Translations under genes and position numbers: made by a program
Notes under the pieces: model-generated
The model's database searches: none
What the model saw: the letters and a program-made list of their open reading frames with translations, nothing else
What the model was told of the DNA's origin: nothing
In this document: one piece after another, positions 26,353 to 34,855 of the stretch
Layout: the number at the start of each line of letters is the position of its first letter
Position numbering within the stretch: the stretch's first letter is position 1
Virus record (IMG/VR): IMGVR_UViG_3300045988_121331
Location: 1 to 42,216 of that record
Reading direction: 5' to 3' (one strand)
Length of the DNA: 42,216 nucleotides
From: a virus

Positions 26353-26504
26353 TGTTCAACAACCTCTATCCTCTCGATATCACATCTCCTATATTTGCGT
26401 GTATCAAAAATAGTTGTGTAAAGATACTCCTCATCAAGTTCAATCTTTTTCACACCGCCAAGTCGATATTCGTTTATGCCTTTAACTTTAATTTTCAATG
26501 TCAT
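26349..26504 (-). CDS. hypothetical 51-aa protein
   Basis: ATGA overlaps at both ends. Below the track cutoff. Confidence 0.45.
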   Translation of the reverse strand: MTLKIKVKGINEYRLGGVKKIELDEEYLYTTIFDTRKYRRCDIERIEVVEQ

Positions 26505-26725
26505 TCTGTATCACTCCTTACTTCGTCAAACAATCTATTAAAAGCGGAATAGGTAAGTCTTATTCTTTGTCCTTTCTTTGCTAGAACTACATATCCGCCG
26601 CCCTGATTTGTTATAGTCCATTTTTGGCTTGGGTCTATCTGCAAATACAAGGTAACTCCAAAACAATCACCATACAAATGTCCTGATTCGTTTATCTCTT
26701 TCTTTGGTATTGCTACCCTTTTCAT
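26501..26725 (-). CDS. hypothetical protein
   Basis: The ATG at 26725 overlaps the upstream TGA (ATGA). The track ORF extends to 26758. Confidence 0.5.
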   Translation of the reverse strand: MKRVAIPKKEINESGHLYGDCFGVTLYLQIDPSQKWTITNQGGGYVVLAKKGQRIRLTYSAFNRLFDEVRSDTE

Positions 26726-26943
26726 TTGATATTCCCCCAATCCAAAGCTTGACCACAATATCTACAATAAGGGCTTGAACCTACCAATGTTTTACAGGTC
26801 GGGCATACTATTTCACTTCTTGTTTTAGTTGGCTTTTTCGGTATCTGCTTTTCAATGGCAGAGATAGCTATATCTAAACTTTTGCCGCCAATAATAGGCT
26901 GTATGTTTTCACGAATGTCAATTATCGCTTCTTCGTTTGTCAT
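26722..26943 (-). CDS. hypothetical zinc-ribbon protein
   Basis: 73 aa with CPTC...CRYC. Confidence 0.55.
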   Translation of the reverse strand: MTNEEAIIDIRENIQPIIGGKSLDIAISAIEKQIPKKPTKTRSEIVCPTCKTLVGSSPYCRYCGQALDWGNIK

Positions 26944-27323
26944 TCTTCCTCACCAACCATTTCTTTTAACAAAACTTTTGCCTCAATTACTGTTTTATCG
27001 TTCGACACTTTCCCCTCGCACAACCTCTCCGCAAACTCTTTGTATGCTTCGGTTTTAAGTATATTCTTTGCTTCGTTGTATAAATCGGCGTAATGCTGTT
27101 TTGTCTTTTCTGCAAGCATATCCCATTGGCGAAATTTTTCATCGTTAGCTGAATTCAGTCTCTCAATTTCTGCCTTTTGGCGGTTGATAAGGTCAAGGGC
27201 GTTTATTAAATGTTCTGCTCCATCACATTGTTTTGAGCATTGACAACGTTCGCATCCATCGCTGTAAGCACAACATTCCAAAGTCTCTATAATTTCCTCA
27301 TCAGTAAATTTCTTATCGGTCAT
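26940..27323 (-). CDS. hypothetical Cys-cluster/coiled-coil protein
   Basis: 127 aa with CCAYSDGCERCQCSKQC followed by a coiled coil. Confidence 0.55.
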   Translation of the reverse strand: MTDKKFTDEEIIETLECCAYSDGCERCQCSKQCDGAEHLINALDLINRQKAEIERLNSANDEKFRQWDMLAEKTKQHYADLYNEAKNILKTEAYKEFAERLCEGKVSNDKTVIEAKVLLKEMVGEEE

Positions 27324-27514
27324 TTAACTTTATTCCTTTCTTTATCCTCTGCGACTTTTAATTCAATATTTTGATTGAATAAATGTGTTAGGGCATTTTG
27401 CATTTCAATAAATCTAAAATTTACATCACTCATAGTTTTACATTCTTTGAATATATCGTCTACCATGCATGCAAAATCATATTTATCAGGCATTCTCATC
27501 TTTCCTTTCTCCAT
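27320..27514 (-). CDS. hypothetical protein
   Basis: 64-aa ORF. The start is uncertain among three ATGs. Confidence 0.45.
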   Translation of the reverse strand: MEKGKMRMPDKYDFACMVDDIFKECKTMSDVNFRFIEMQNALTHLFNQNIELKVAEDKERNKVK

Positions 27515-27565
27515 AACTGCAAAAATCCATACCGTAACAATTTCGGTTTAATTCTTCATAATTTG

Positions 27566-28261
27566 TCATACTTTTCTCTCCATTTCCGCCCGCAGGCTTT
27601 CTTTGATGTAATAATCAATGCCACGCCGTTTGCAAAGCTTCTCGGCTTTTCTCCCGAATTCTGCCCAGTTTATATCTGATTTATGATAATTCAGTTTTCC
27701 GATTTTTACCTTATCGACAATCGGTGCTGCCAAGTGCATATTGATAAAAAACTCTCTTTCGTTCGTTACAGGCTCGAAAGAAATCCAAGTTTTAATCCCT
27801 CGGCTATGCGCCTCCGCAAGAGCGCCAACTCTCGCTTTCCACAAAGGGTCTTTTCCATTCCCGATACCGTCAAGTGTAATGCCGTACCAATCGTTCTCAT
27901 CGAGCAAATCAAAATCCCTGCTCCCGTCACCTTTGGTGAGTATCTGCACATTGTTTCCACTTTCCTTAATGGCTTTGATTATCTCTCGTGTGGGTGTTGT
28001 ATCGTAGCCGGTCGGATAAGGGTCGCAGGTAAAGCAGAGATGAATAAGTTTCCCGGTTATCTCCTCTTTTTCAAGCTGTTGCTTCGTTGCTTTGACTATA
28101 TCGGTTCTCGGCTCTACATTTGTGTGAAACGCCTCACGGTCTTTATGCAGAACATTCGGTGCGAAACAGTAAAAACAGCGGTGTGGGCAACCTGTGTAGA
28201 TGTTCAGCGCATAGTCGCCATATTCTTTAGCTTTGCCTTTCGGCTCATATATTGGTTTCAT
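27566..28261 (-). CDS. radical SAM protein (SPL/COG1533-like CxxxCxxC)
   Basis: Has the GCPHRCFYCFA cluster near the N-terminus. The preferred ATG at 28261 lies 8 nt after GGGAGG. The track ORF starts at 28297. Confidence 0.75.
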   Translation of the reverse strand: MKPIYEPKGKAKEYGDYALNIYTGCPHRCFYCFAPNVLHKDREAFHTNVEPRTDIVKATKQQLEKEEITGKLIHLCFTCDPYPTGYDTTPTREIIKAIKESGNNVQILTKGDGSRDFDLLDENDWYGITLDGIGNGKDPLWKARVGALAEAHSRGIKTWISFEPVTNEREFFINMHLAAPIVDKVKIGKLNYHKSDINWAEFGRKAEKLCKRRGIDYYIKESLRAEMERKV

Positions 28262-28342
28262 ATTCAATCCCTCCCGTTGGCGCTCACTATAGCGCATATT
28301 GCAAAGCCTATCGGTGCGCCAATTATAAGTCCGATTATAAAG

Positions 28343-28468
28343 TCAATCATTTTCTTTGTACCTCTCCCAATTTTCAAATTCTACACAGTTTGCGCACGGC
28401 ATATCCGAACGGTCATTATCGTAATATGCGCAATCCTCACAACACATTGGCTCATTCAAATTGTCCAT
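28343..28468 (-). CDS. 41-aa Cys-rich peptide
   Basis: Encodes MDNLNEPMCCEDCAYYDNDRSDMPCANCVEF..., with a GAGGAG RBS. Below the track cutoff. Confidence 0.35.
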   Translation of the reverse strand: MDNLNEPMCCEDCAYYDNDRSDMPCANCVEFENWERYKEND

Positions 28469-28507
28469 AATTATTTACTCTCCTCATAAAATATGTGTTT
28501 TATAAAA

Positions 28508-29212
28508 TTAATATTTTATATTGTTACAATACTCGTCAATTCGCTCATTCGCCAAGTCACAATATTGTTTAGATAATTCGTATCCGATAAAATTCCTTTT
28601 GTGATTAATAGCCGCTATTGCAGTTGTGCCAGACCCTGCACAAGGGTCTAATACCGTATCTCCTTCATTTGTGTTGTCAAGCAACAATTCCTCAAACAAC
28701 TTTAAATTTTTTTGTGTCGGATGTATTTTTCGGCTACCGTTCGGATATTTAAAAACAGTATTTTTACAATGGGCATTAAATACTTTCGCTCCTGCCTTTT
28801 TAAACCATACTGCAAATTCAACGCCTGACAAATATATGTATTGTCCATTCATAGGACTAGGATTAGTCTTTTCCCATACGATTGGGCGAACAGTTCCCTT
28901 TTTATTTGCAAAGAATTTATAAATATCACTAAACTGCTCTCGCCCACAAAAAATACAGATAGAATTTTTCGTAACCCTATAAACCTCACATAAAAAATCT
29001 TTAATATTAAATGTTTCTGTATCTGCATCTTCTTTGTTTAAATTTCGTAATCCATTGCTTTTTCGATTTACTTCCCCGAACGGAATGTCCGTTAATGTCA
29101 TATCTATGCTATTATCGGCGAGCGACTTCATTCCTTCAAAACAATCAACATTATAAATCTTATTTTGCTCTATTAAACAACTCTCTTTTTCATACCCTTT
29201 AACTCTTTTCAT
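28508..29212 (-). CDS. DNA methyltransferase, N6/N4 beta class with variant motif IV (DIPF)
   Basis: Motif IV (LTDIPFGE) lies N-terminal to motif I (VLDPCAGSGTTAIAA). It is the first gene after promoter 29339-29367. Confidence 0.8.
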   Translation of the reverse strand: MKRVKGYEKESCLIEQNKIYNVDCFEGMKSLADNSIDMTLTDIPFGEVNRKSNGLRNLNKEDADTETFNIKDFLCEVYRVTKNSICIFCGREQFSDIYKFFANKKGTVRPIVWEKTNPSPMNGQYIYLSGVEFAVWFKKAGAKVFNAHCKNTVFKYPNGSRKIHPTQKNLKLFEELLLDNTNEGDTVLDPCAGSGTTAIAAINHKRNFIGYELSKQYCDLANERIDEYCNNIKY

Positions 29213-29338
29213 TTTTTATTCTCCTTTTTTAATAAGAACGCCCCCACAAATGATACGGCACTTGCAGGAGCGTTTATTCTATGCGGCATTACCCGGTTAT
29301 AGACTATTTAATTGTTCAGAGCCGTATCTCTGTTAATT

Positions 29339-29367
29339 ATAATAGCATATAGTAATTTATTTGTCAA
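29339..29367 (-). promoter_or_regulatory. promoter TTGACA-17-TATTAT (TGc extended -10)
   Basis: The minus strand reads TTGACAaataaattactatatgcTATTAT. It shares 27 identical bp with the early promoter region. Confidence 0.6.
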
Positions 29368-29386
29368 GAATATTTTTAAATATTTT
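29360..29386. repeat. 27-bp repeat, copy A (-35 box plus upstream A/T tracts)
   Basis: tttgtcaagaatatttttaaatatttt is identical to 38580-38606. Confidence 0.85.
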
Positions 29387-29392
29387 TTGGGG

Positions 29393-30623
29393 TTATAACA
29401 TTTCTCCAAATATTGCTTCTAATACAGCCACTACGATTGAATTGCCTGCTTGCTTATATAACTGGCTGTTTAAATTTACTTGCGCGGCTTTTTCAAAATC
29501 TTCATCGTCAAAGTCCATAAGCCTAAAGCACTCTTTTGGTGTTAGCTTGCGTATTCTAACCTGTTCCTTAACTTTCACTTCTTGATTACCCCCCCCCGCA
29601 AGTGGTAAGTGTCGGTGACAATCCGTCAGTGCTATATACTCTGCGTGATTTTTCCTGCGTTTTATCCCACTTCCCACCTTGCATTGTGCCGTATAATTTA
29701 CAATTTATCGTTTCCATTCTAACACCCCGTTTGTAGTCTGATTTCCAAATCCCTTATAATCTCTTGACATAAGTGTGTTTGCAACATCAACTGAATTTTC
29801 AATTTGTTTGCCTTGCTTCGACAATAATATCCCAACTGTGCCTATCTGTGCTTGCCCGTCCGCCTGCGCGAATTGTGTGGCTAATCTCTCTCTCTACATT
29901 AACAGATTTTAAACATTTTTCAACGTTGTTTTCAGATATATAATATTTTTCCTCAACATTGCTATCCAATAAATCTTTTAGCCGAGTTTTTAAAGGCTTT
30001 GGCTGTGGAAATTCGTAGTAATAATCTCCGAGTAAGCTCACGCAAAATGTACGGTTACGGTTTTGTGGTACGCCAAAATCTTTAGCGTTTAAATCTTTAT
30101 ACCAACTCTTGTAACCCAAACTTTCAAGCTTTTGCAGCCAACTGTTAAAGTCCGCAATGTTTTTTTCTGCGTGTACTTGCGACACATTTTCCATAAGTAA
30201 TACTTGTGGTAGTTCGTTACATTCGTCTAATAATCTTTCAACTTCCCACAATAGCCCTGACCGTGTACTGCTGTTCTTCGACATTCCCCGTTGTTTCCCG
30301 GCAATACTCAAATCGGTGCAAGGAAATGAATAAGTTAATATATAGCAATACTTATCCGTATCCGTTATACCCAAATCATCGGCAGTAATTTTCGTTACAT
30401 CACTTGTTTCAAAATTCGTGCCGTGAATTGCGTTATAGCTCTTAATTGCGTATTTATCAAACTCGCATACTCTGTAATGCTCAAACGGTACGCCGAGCCG
30501 CTCCAAAGCCTTTGCTTGCGCTCCTATTCCGGCAAACAGCTCAATCAAACGAATAGGCTTATCAATCTTAAACTTTTTAGTGCCGTCAAACATTCCTATT
30601 TGTGAACCGAACCAATCGCTCAT
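29393..30623 (-). pseudogene. DNA (cytosine-5) methyltransferase, disrupted by at least three frame changes
   Basis: Motifs I (FAGIGAQ), IV (FPCTDLS), VI (ENV) and VIII (QNRNR) lie in frame 1, which stops at 29799. TRD-like pieces alternate between two frames. Motifs IX and X (RKLTPKECFRLMDF, QAGNSI) are in ORF 29393-29677. Confidence 0.7.
29589..29597 (-). repeat. G9 homopolymer at the last frame junction of the C5-MTase
   Basis: The minus strand reads ACT TGC GGGGGGGGG TAA. A G8 tract would join TLTTCGGG to NQEVKV...RKLTPKE in frame. Confidence 0.8.
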
Positions 30624-30653
30624 TTAATTTTACACCTCTTACCATTTCATAAT

Positions 30654-30893
30654 TTAATTGCCTTTTTCTTCCAAAAGTTCCAGCCTTGCCATTATTTCAA
30701 GCAGCATTTCATTTTGTTGCTCAAATCTTGTATTGATTTCCCGCAATAAATACTCTGCCTGTTTGTCATTAGCCGTTTGCACATCATTATGCGCCGACTG
30801 TTCCCTATTCTCATTAAGGTTAGCCACAGCCAATAATAGAGACAATGCATTTATAATGTCATTGCCATTAATATTATCGTTGTTTTGGTACAT
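30654..30893 (-). CDS. hypothetical coiled-coil protein (paralog-like to 39533-39736)
   Basis: 79 aa. Shares a LxLLxxxxN...D(V/I)Q...N..xAE...LE pattern with the 67-aa ORF at 39533. Confidence 0.5.
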   Translation of the reverse strand: MYQNNDNINGNDIINALSLLLAVANLNENREQSAHNDVQTANDKQAEYLLREINTRFEQQNEMLLEIMARLELLEEKGN

Positions 30894-31124
30894 TTATTTT
30901 TTTCTCCTAATCCAATTTTTCTTTTGCACGCCTAATTTCCAAAAAAGAAACACGCCTATGCCCAAACACGCAATGCCACCAAAGAAAAAAAGTGCCACCA
31001 TATATCCAGTGCGTTTAGTCATTAAATTTAAAAGTAAAATTCCTATAACAATTGCCTCTACGGAAACAATACTTTCAAGGAGTATATCTAACCCATAGAT
31101 AATTGTTTTAAAAAATTCTTTCAT
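30894..31124 (-). CDS. two-TM membrane protein
   Basis: 76 aa with two hydrophobic helices and a basic C-terminal tail. Confidence 0.5.
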   Translation of the reverse strand: MKEFFKTIIYGLDILLESIVSVEAIVIGILLLNLMTKRTGYMVALFFFGGIACLGIGVFLFWKLGVQKKNWIRRKK

Positions 31125-31534
31125 TTCGTATCACCTTTGAGTAATTCGGGATTGTCATATATATTCCCGATAATTTCAATGTCTTCACTACGGAAACAGT
31201 CCATATCGTAGCAAACGCCGCTGTCATAGACTTGAAAACAACATTCATCAAATGCGACTTGGTAAGGCTCTTCGTCATCACACAATAAGACAATATCCCC
31301 CTCAAAAATCTTTGTTCCGTTTTTATCGGTCAAGCCTGTGTATTGTCCGATAGTTTTCGGGTTAACGGCATATCTTCCTAAAAAATTGAAATAGCCGCCG
31401 TTCTGTATGGCATTACAAACAATAAAATCTTCGTGTATGCCGTGTTTATGCCAGTGCATTGTAGCTTTAACATAATAACCATATACCCATTGACCGTCTT
31501 TTATTCGTTTGCCTCTAAATAATATTTCTCTCAT
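31121..31534 (-). CDS. YopX family protein
   Basis: Matches the YopX pattern: MREILFRGK..DGQWVYGYY ... IGQYTGLTDKNGTKIFEGDIV ... IIGNIYDNPELL. Confidence 0.8.
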   Translation of the reverse strand: MREILFRGKRIKDGQWVYGYYVKATMHWHKHGIHEDFIVCNAIQNGGYFNFLGRYAVNPKTIGQYTGLTDKNGTKIFEGDIVLLCDDEEPYQVAFDECCFQVYDSGVCYDMDCFRSEDIEIIGNIYDNPELLKGDTK

Positions 31535-31710
31535 TTTTCGTTTATCCTTTCACCATTATAATATACCACATTTGGATTTTCGACGCTTATTGCCTTGCAA
31601 TGAAACAATTTTGATACTTTAATAGCTTCTTTTTTGCTATGAGCGTAATAAATAAATTCTCTATGTTCGGAATTTAATGTTTCAATAGTGTTGCCTAATT
31701 CGTCAAACAT
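31531..31710 (-). CDS. hypothetical protein
   Basis: The ATG at 31710 follows the upstream stop. The track ORF starts at a GTG at 31731. Confidence 0.4.
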   Translation of the reverse strand: MFDELGNTIETLNSEHREFIYYAHSKKEAIKVSKLFHCKAISVENPNVVYYNGERINEK

Positions 31711-31711
31711 T

Positions 31712-32014
31712 TTATTTTTCGTTACTCTCACCCCAACTCACATAATACATATGGTGCAATTCATTATCCAACTCAACCCTAAACCCTTTTTCTTTAAGCC
31801 ATTTTAAATTGTCCTCGTAGTTTATTCCCATTCGTATATCAGTTTTCCCTCTTTTTATACAGTCATTTATATACTCTTTAATCAAATTTCGTTCTTTTCT
31901 TTTTTGGGCTAAACGAGCTTTTTCTATTTTGCGCAGACAACTTTCAGCATTAAATGAGCAAAAAGTTTTAATTTTAGCCAATAGTCTGAATTTATTTTTA
32001 ATTGTCATTCCCAT
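31712..32014 (-). CDS. hypothetical protein
   Basis: 100 aa with an AAGGGGG RBS. Confidence 0.45.
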   Translation of the reverse strand: MGMTIKNKFRLLAKIKTFCSFNAESCLRKIEKARLAQKRKERNLIKEYINDCIKRGKTDIRMGINYEDNLKWLKEKGFRVELDNELHHMYYVSWGESNEK

Positions 32015-32030
32015 TTTTAAACCCCCTTAT

Positions 32031-32267
32031 TCAGCTTTTTATTTTTTCTAAATCACATTCTATTACAGCATTTGCTTTTAAACTATGCAAAATTGCCGTG
32101 TGTTGCGGTTTTCCGCTTTTAAAGGTAAGTTTATACCCCACTGGGTAAAAAACGCTTGTAGCGTATTCTATGAGCATATTTTCGGGTATGTTTTCAATTA
32201 TTCCACATACTCCGCTCGGATATGTGCTGACTTTTTGACACAATTTCAAATATTCCGCTCTTTCCAA
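32031..32267 (-). CDS. hypothetical protein
   Basis: The preferred TTG at 32267 lies 6 nt after GAGGTGA. The track ORF extends to 32372 and overlaps neighbours. Confidence 0.4.
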   Translation of the reverse strand: MERAEYLKLCQKVSTYPSGVCGIIENIPENMLIEYATSVFYPVGYKLTFKSGKPQHTAILHSLKANAVIECDLEKIKS

Positions 32268-32277
32268 ATTACTCACC

Positions 32278-32406
32278 TCAATAATCGTGTTCTTGACACC
32301 GCTTGATAATCGCTCTTTGATATTCTTCAGCAGACAAATTTTGCTTTTGCAATTTGCGTTTGAAAGTCTCATAATCTTTATCGCTTGTATTATATCTCAA
32401 TATCAT
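32278..32406 (-). CDS. hypothetical 42-aa protein
   Basis: The ATG at 32406 lies 7 nt after GAGGTG and overlaps the dnaB 3' end by 17 nt. Confidence 0.3.
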   Translation of the reverse strand: MILRYNTSDKDYETFKRKLQKQNLSAEEYQRAIIKRCQEHDY

Positions 32407-33664
32407 CCTCATACACCTCGTATCTTTTATTATTTTCATTGTGAAAAGTGTCAACTTCCGTAAATCTTTGATAATCGCCGTCAAAGTTCATATTATCAAC
32501 TACACACCCGCCAAATTTGTTTTTATCAAGCAAAACCTGCGTTGTCTTTTCCGATAATTCCTCATTGTTTTTGTCGTTTACATATGGGCGGTGCAAAAGC
32601 ACTATGTAATCGCCGTCCTGTTCCAAACCGCCGCTCTCTTTTAAATCAGACATTGTGGGTTCTCCCTTGCCACTTCGTGTAACTTGCGAGAGTATCATCA
32701 TCACACAATTTGCTTGTTTGGCTGTCCGTTTAAGCAATGCAGATATGTAATCAATTCTTGTTCGGGTACTGTCAAACTTCTCGTTTGTGGTAATATTCTG
32801 CATAAAGTCCACAATAACCAAATCGGGCTTTTCTTCAAGAGTTAACAGCGAAATTTGCTCGGCAGAATAAACACTATCAAAACAGATGAAAGAATTAGCT
32901 TTATATATTTCCCGCATTTCGCCTTTAACCTGTTCAACATTCTTGTTGGTTAGCCTGTTTTTACAAAAATCGTCATAAAAAATATTACACTTGCAAGCCA
33001 ACATTCGCTCATAAATCATTTTTGCGCTCATTTCAAGGGAAAAGAATAAAGTCTTTTTGCTTTGCTTTATTTGATTTATCGCAATGTTAATTGCAAAGGT
33101 TGTTTTGCCTGTGGACGGTCTTGCACCGACAATAAAGGTTGTGCCGTATCTTATCCCGCCCAAATAATTATCAAGTTTGCTAAAGCCTGTATCAATGTGC
33201 GGCTGCTCAATGTTAAGCGTTTCAATAAAATTGGCTATATTTCGTCTGCCCACATCTTTGGCAGAAGTTATAGTCCCTTTGCCCTGCTCGTCCTCAATAA
33301 CCTCTTGCAAACTCTGAACAGTGGCATTGCTAGTATAAATAAGCTCATTGAGTTTGTTAACAATCCGGCGCTGTGACGCCATTGTTTTGAGAATAGCAAA
33401 ATGTTCGTCAAACATAGCTGCCGATATTGCAGACTGTACGCAAGCCGTTAAAGCTTTTTTTTCATCATCGCCCGTGTTGGCTGACAGTTTTACAAAGTCA
33501 ATCTTTTCGCCATTAAGCGATTTTAAGATTTTGCAAATGCTTTGGTGCAATGGAAAATAAAAATCTTCCTCGCTGATAAGGCTGATTTTCTCTTGCAAAC
33601 TTTCAAAAACTATCAAGCACCCTAACACAGAGCGCTCAACATCAATGTCATAATCTTTCATCAT
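32390..33664 (-). CDS. dnaB: replicative DNA helicase (DnaB-like)
   Basis: 424 aa with N-terminal ERSVLGCLI, Walker A (GARPSTGKTTFAINIA) and Walker B (LVIVDFMQ). ATGA overlap with the organizer gene. Confidence 0.9.
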   Translation of the reverse strand: MMKDYDIDVERSVLGCLIVFESLQEKISLISEEDFYFPLHQSICKILKSLNGEKIDFVKLSANTGDDEKKALTACVQSAISAAMFDEHFAILKTMASQRRIVNKLNELIYTSNATVQSLQEVIEDEQGKGTITSAKDVGRRNIANFIETLNIEQPHIDTGFSKLDNYLGGIRYGTTFIVGARPSTGKTTFAINIAINQIKQSKKTLFFSLEMSAKMIYERMLACKCNIFYDDFCKNRLTNKNVEQVKGEMREIYKANSFICFDSVYSAEQISLLTLEEKPDLVIVDFMQNITTNEKFDSTRTRIDYISALLKRTAKQANCVMMILSQVTRSGKGEPTMSDLKESGGLEQDGDYIVLLHRPYVNDKNNEELSEKTTQVLLDKNKFGGCVVDNMNFDGDYQRFTEVDTFHNENNKRYEVYEDDIEI

Positions 33665-34362
33665 AAGTTCCTATATCCCGAATAAGTTTTATCATTAGGC
33701 TGTTTGTTGCTTGAAAACTTAAAGTCTGTAATAGGGAAGAATGACCTCCAGCTTCTCGCAATTGCTTCTTTCAAATAATCGTCGACAGACAAGTTGCTTT
33801 GCTTCGCAAGTTTATCTAATTTTTTTATATTAAGTTCGATTGAACGTTCAGTATTTGCCGCCCTTTGAGCTTTCCGAACTTTGAGCCATTCATGAAGTAG
33901 GTCGAGAGTGGTTTCGTTCTGCGTGTAACTTTCAAGAATTTTTTCAATCGGATTTTCTTTATTTATTTCTTTTTTTATTTCTTTATATTTATTATTATCT
34001 AATTTATTATTGGGTAAAGTTTCTTTACCTATATCGGGTAAAGTTTCTTTACCTCCGAGGTAAAATTTCTTTACCCCCGGTAAATTTGCTTTATACCTGT
34101 TAAATACCACTCCGCTGATTTTGCTTTCGTTTTTAATTATAAACTCATTTCCACATAATTTTTTCAAACTTTTAATAACCGTAGGTTTACTTGCTCCAGT
34201 AAAATCGCATAGATATCCAATGCCACCACTAAATTCCGTCTCGCCGTCTTGCGAAAAGCCGTAGATTATAGCATATATTTGTAAATCAATACCTTTAAGG
34301 TTGAGCTTATTCAACATCCAGCCTTGTATTTGATAAAAATTTTCATCTTTTATTCTGCCCAT
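33661..34362 (-). CDS. replisome organizer / replication initiator with N-terminal wHTH
   Basis: Contains FYQIQGWMLNKLNLKGIDLQIYAIIYGFSQDG...ASKPTVIKSLKKL. The preferred ATG at 34362 lies 8 nt after AAGGAG. The gene contains the iterons. Confidence 0.7.
   Translation of the reverse strand: MGRIKDENFYQIQGWMLNKLNLKGIDLQIYAIIYGFSQDGETEFSGGIGYLCDFTGASKPTVIKSLKKLCGNEFIIKNESKISGVVFNRYKANLPGVKKFYLGGKETLPDIGKETLPNNKLDNNKYKEIKKEINKENPIEKILESYTQNETTLDLLHEWLKVRKAQRAANTERSIELNIKKLDKLAKQSNLSVDDYLKEAIARSWRSFFPITDFKFSSNKQPNDKTYSGYRNL
34013..34097. repeat. four phased palindromic iterons GGTAAAG-TTT-CTTTACC (candidate phage origin)
   Basis: Units lie at 34013-34029, 34037-34053, 34059-34075 and 34079-34097 (the last is degenerate). 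They sit inside the organizer gene and encode the GKETLPDIGKETLPNN repeat. Confidence 0.6.
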
Positions 34363-34495
34363 AATATACTCCTTTAAACAAAATCCGTATGCCCCTAATA
34401 GTTGCGGTATTAGAGACACACGGAATTGTGGCTGTTATTCAGTTTTAATCGTTATCCGACCGCAACTCGAATAACAACCTTTTGTTGATACAATC

Positions 34496-34524
34496 ATTAT
34501 ATCACATATAAGCCATAAAGTCAA
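34496..34524 (-). promoter_or_regulatory. promoter TTGACT-17-TATAAT (TGa extended -10) upstream of the replication genes
   Basis: The minus strand reads TTGACTttatggcttatatgtgaTATAAT. Confidence 0.6.
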
Positions 34525-34611
34525 TATCTTTTACGTTTGGTTTTGCGGTTATATCGCTCCACAAAATCAATTTTCATTCCCCGGACATCATTTTCGGATT
34601 TAACCTTGACT

Positions 34612-34734
34612 TTAATTTCGGCACACTTTTTTGTCTCGCTCAAACTTCCAATTTTTATATATTGCGCAAGATGTATGGCACGATGAGCTTCTGTCCGTGC
34701 AGCCAAAACATGGAGCATTATCATATAAAAGCAT
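34612..34734 (-). CDS. 40-aa Cys/His-rich small protein
   Basis: Encodes MLLYDNAPCFGCTDRSSSCHTSCAIYKNWKFE..., with GAGGTGG 5 nt upstream. Preferred over the overlapping 67-aa track ORF, which has no RBS. Confidence 0.35.
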   Translation of the reverse strand: MLLYDNAPCFGCTDRSSSCHTSCAIYKNWKFERDKKVCRN

Positions 34735-34855
34735 TATAACCACCTCACAAACGCTCTCTAAATTGCCCTGTGAGCGATTTTCAGTTTAAGGCAAGTATTT
34801 TATCGCCTAAAGAATAAAAACCGCCACAGAGCCTAAAAGAATTAAGATTTTAACA

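Noticed and set aside
32278-32484. Long form of the 68-aa track ORF overlapping the dnaB 3' end by 95 nt.
   Set aside because: The overlap is implausibly long. An internal ATG at 32406 with proper GAGGTG spacing gives a 42-aa product, which is itself kept only at low confidence.
34521-34724. 67-aa track ORF between ssb and the replication promoter.
   Set aside because: Its ATG is 15 nt from the nearest SD-like sequence. An alternative 40-aa Cys/His-rich ORF in another frame has correct GAGGTGG spacing and a motif typical of small phage zinc proteins.
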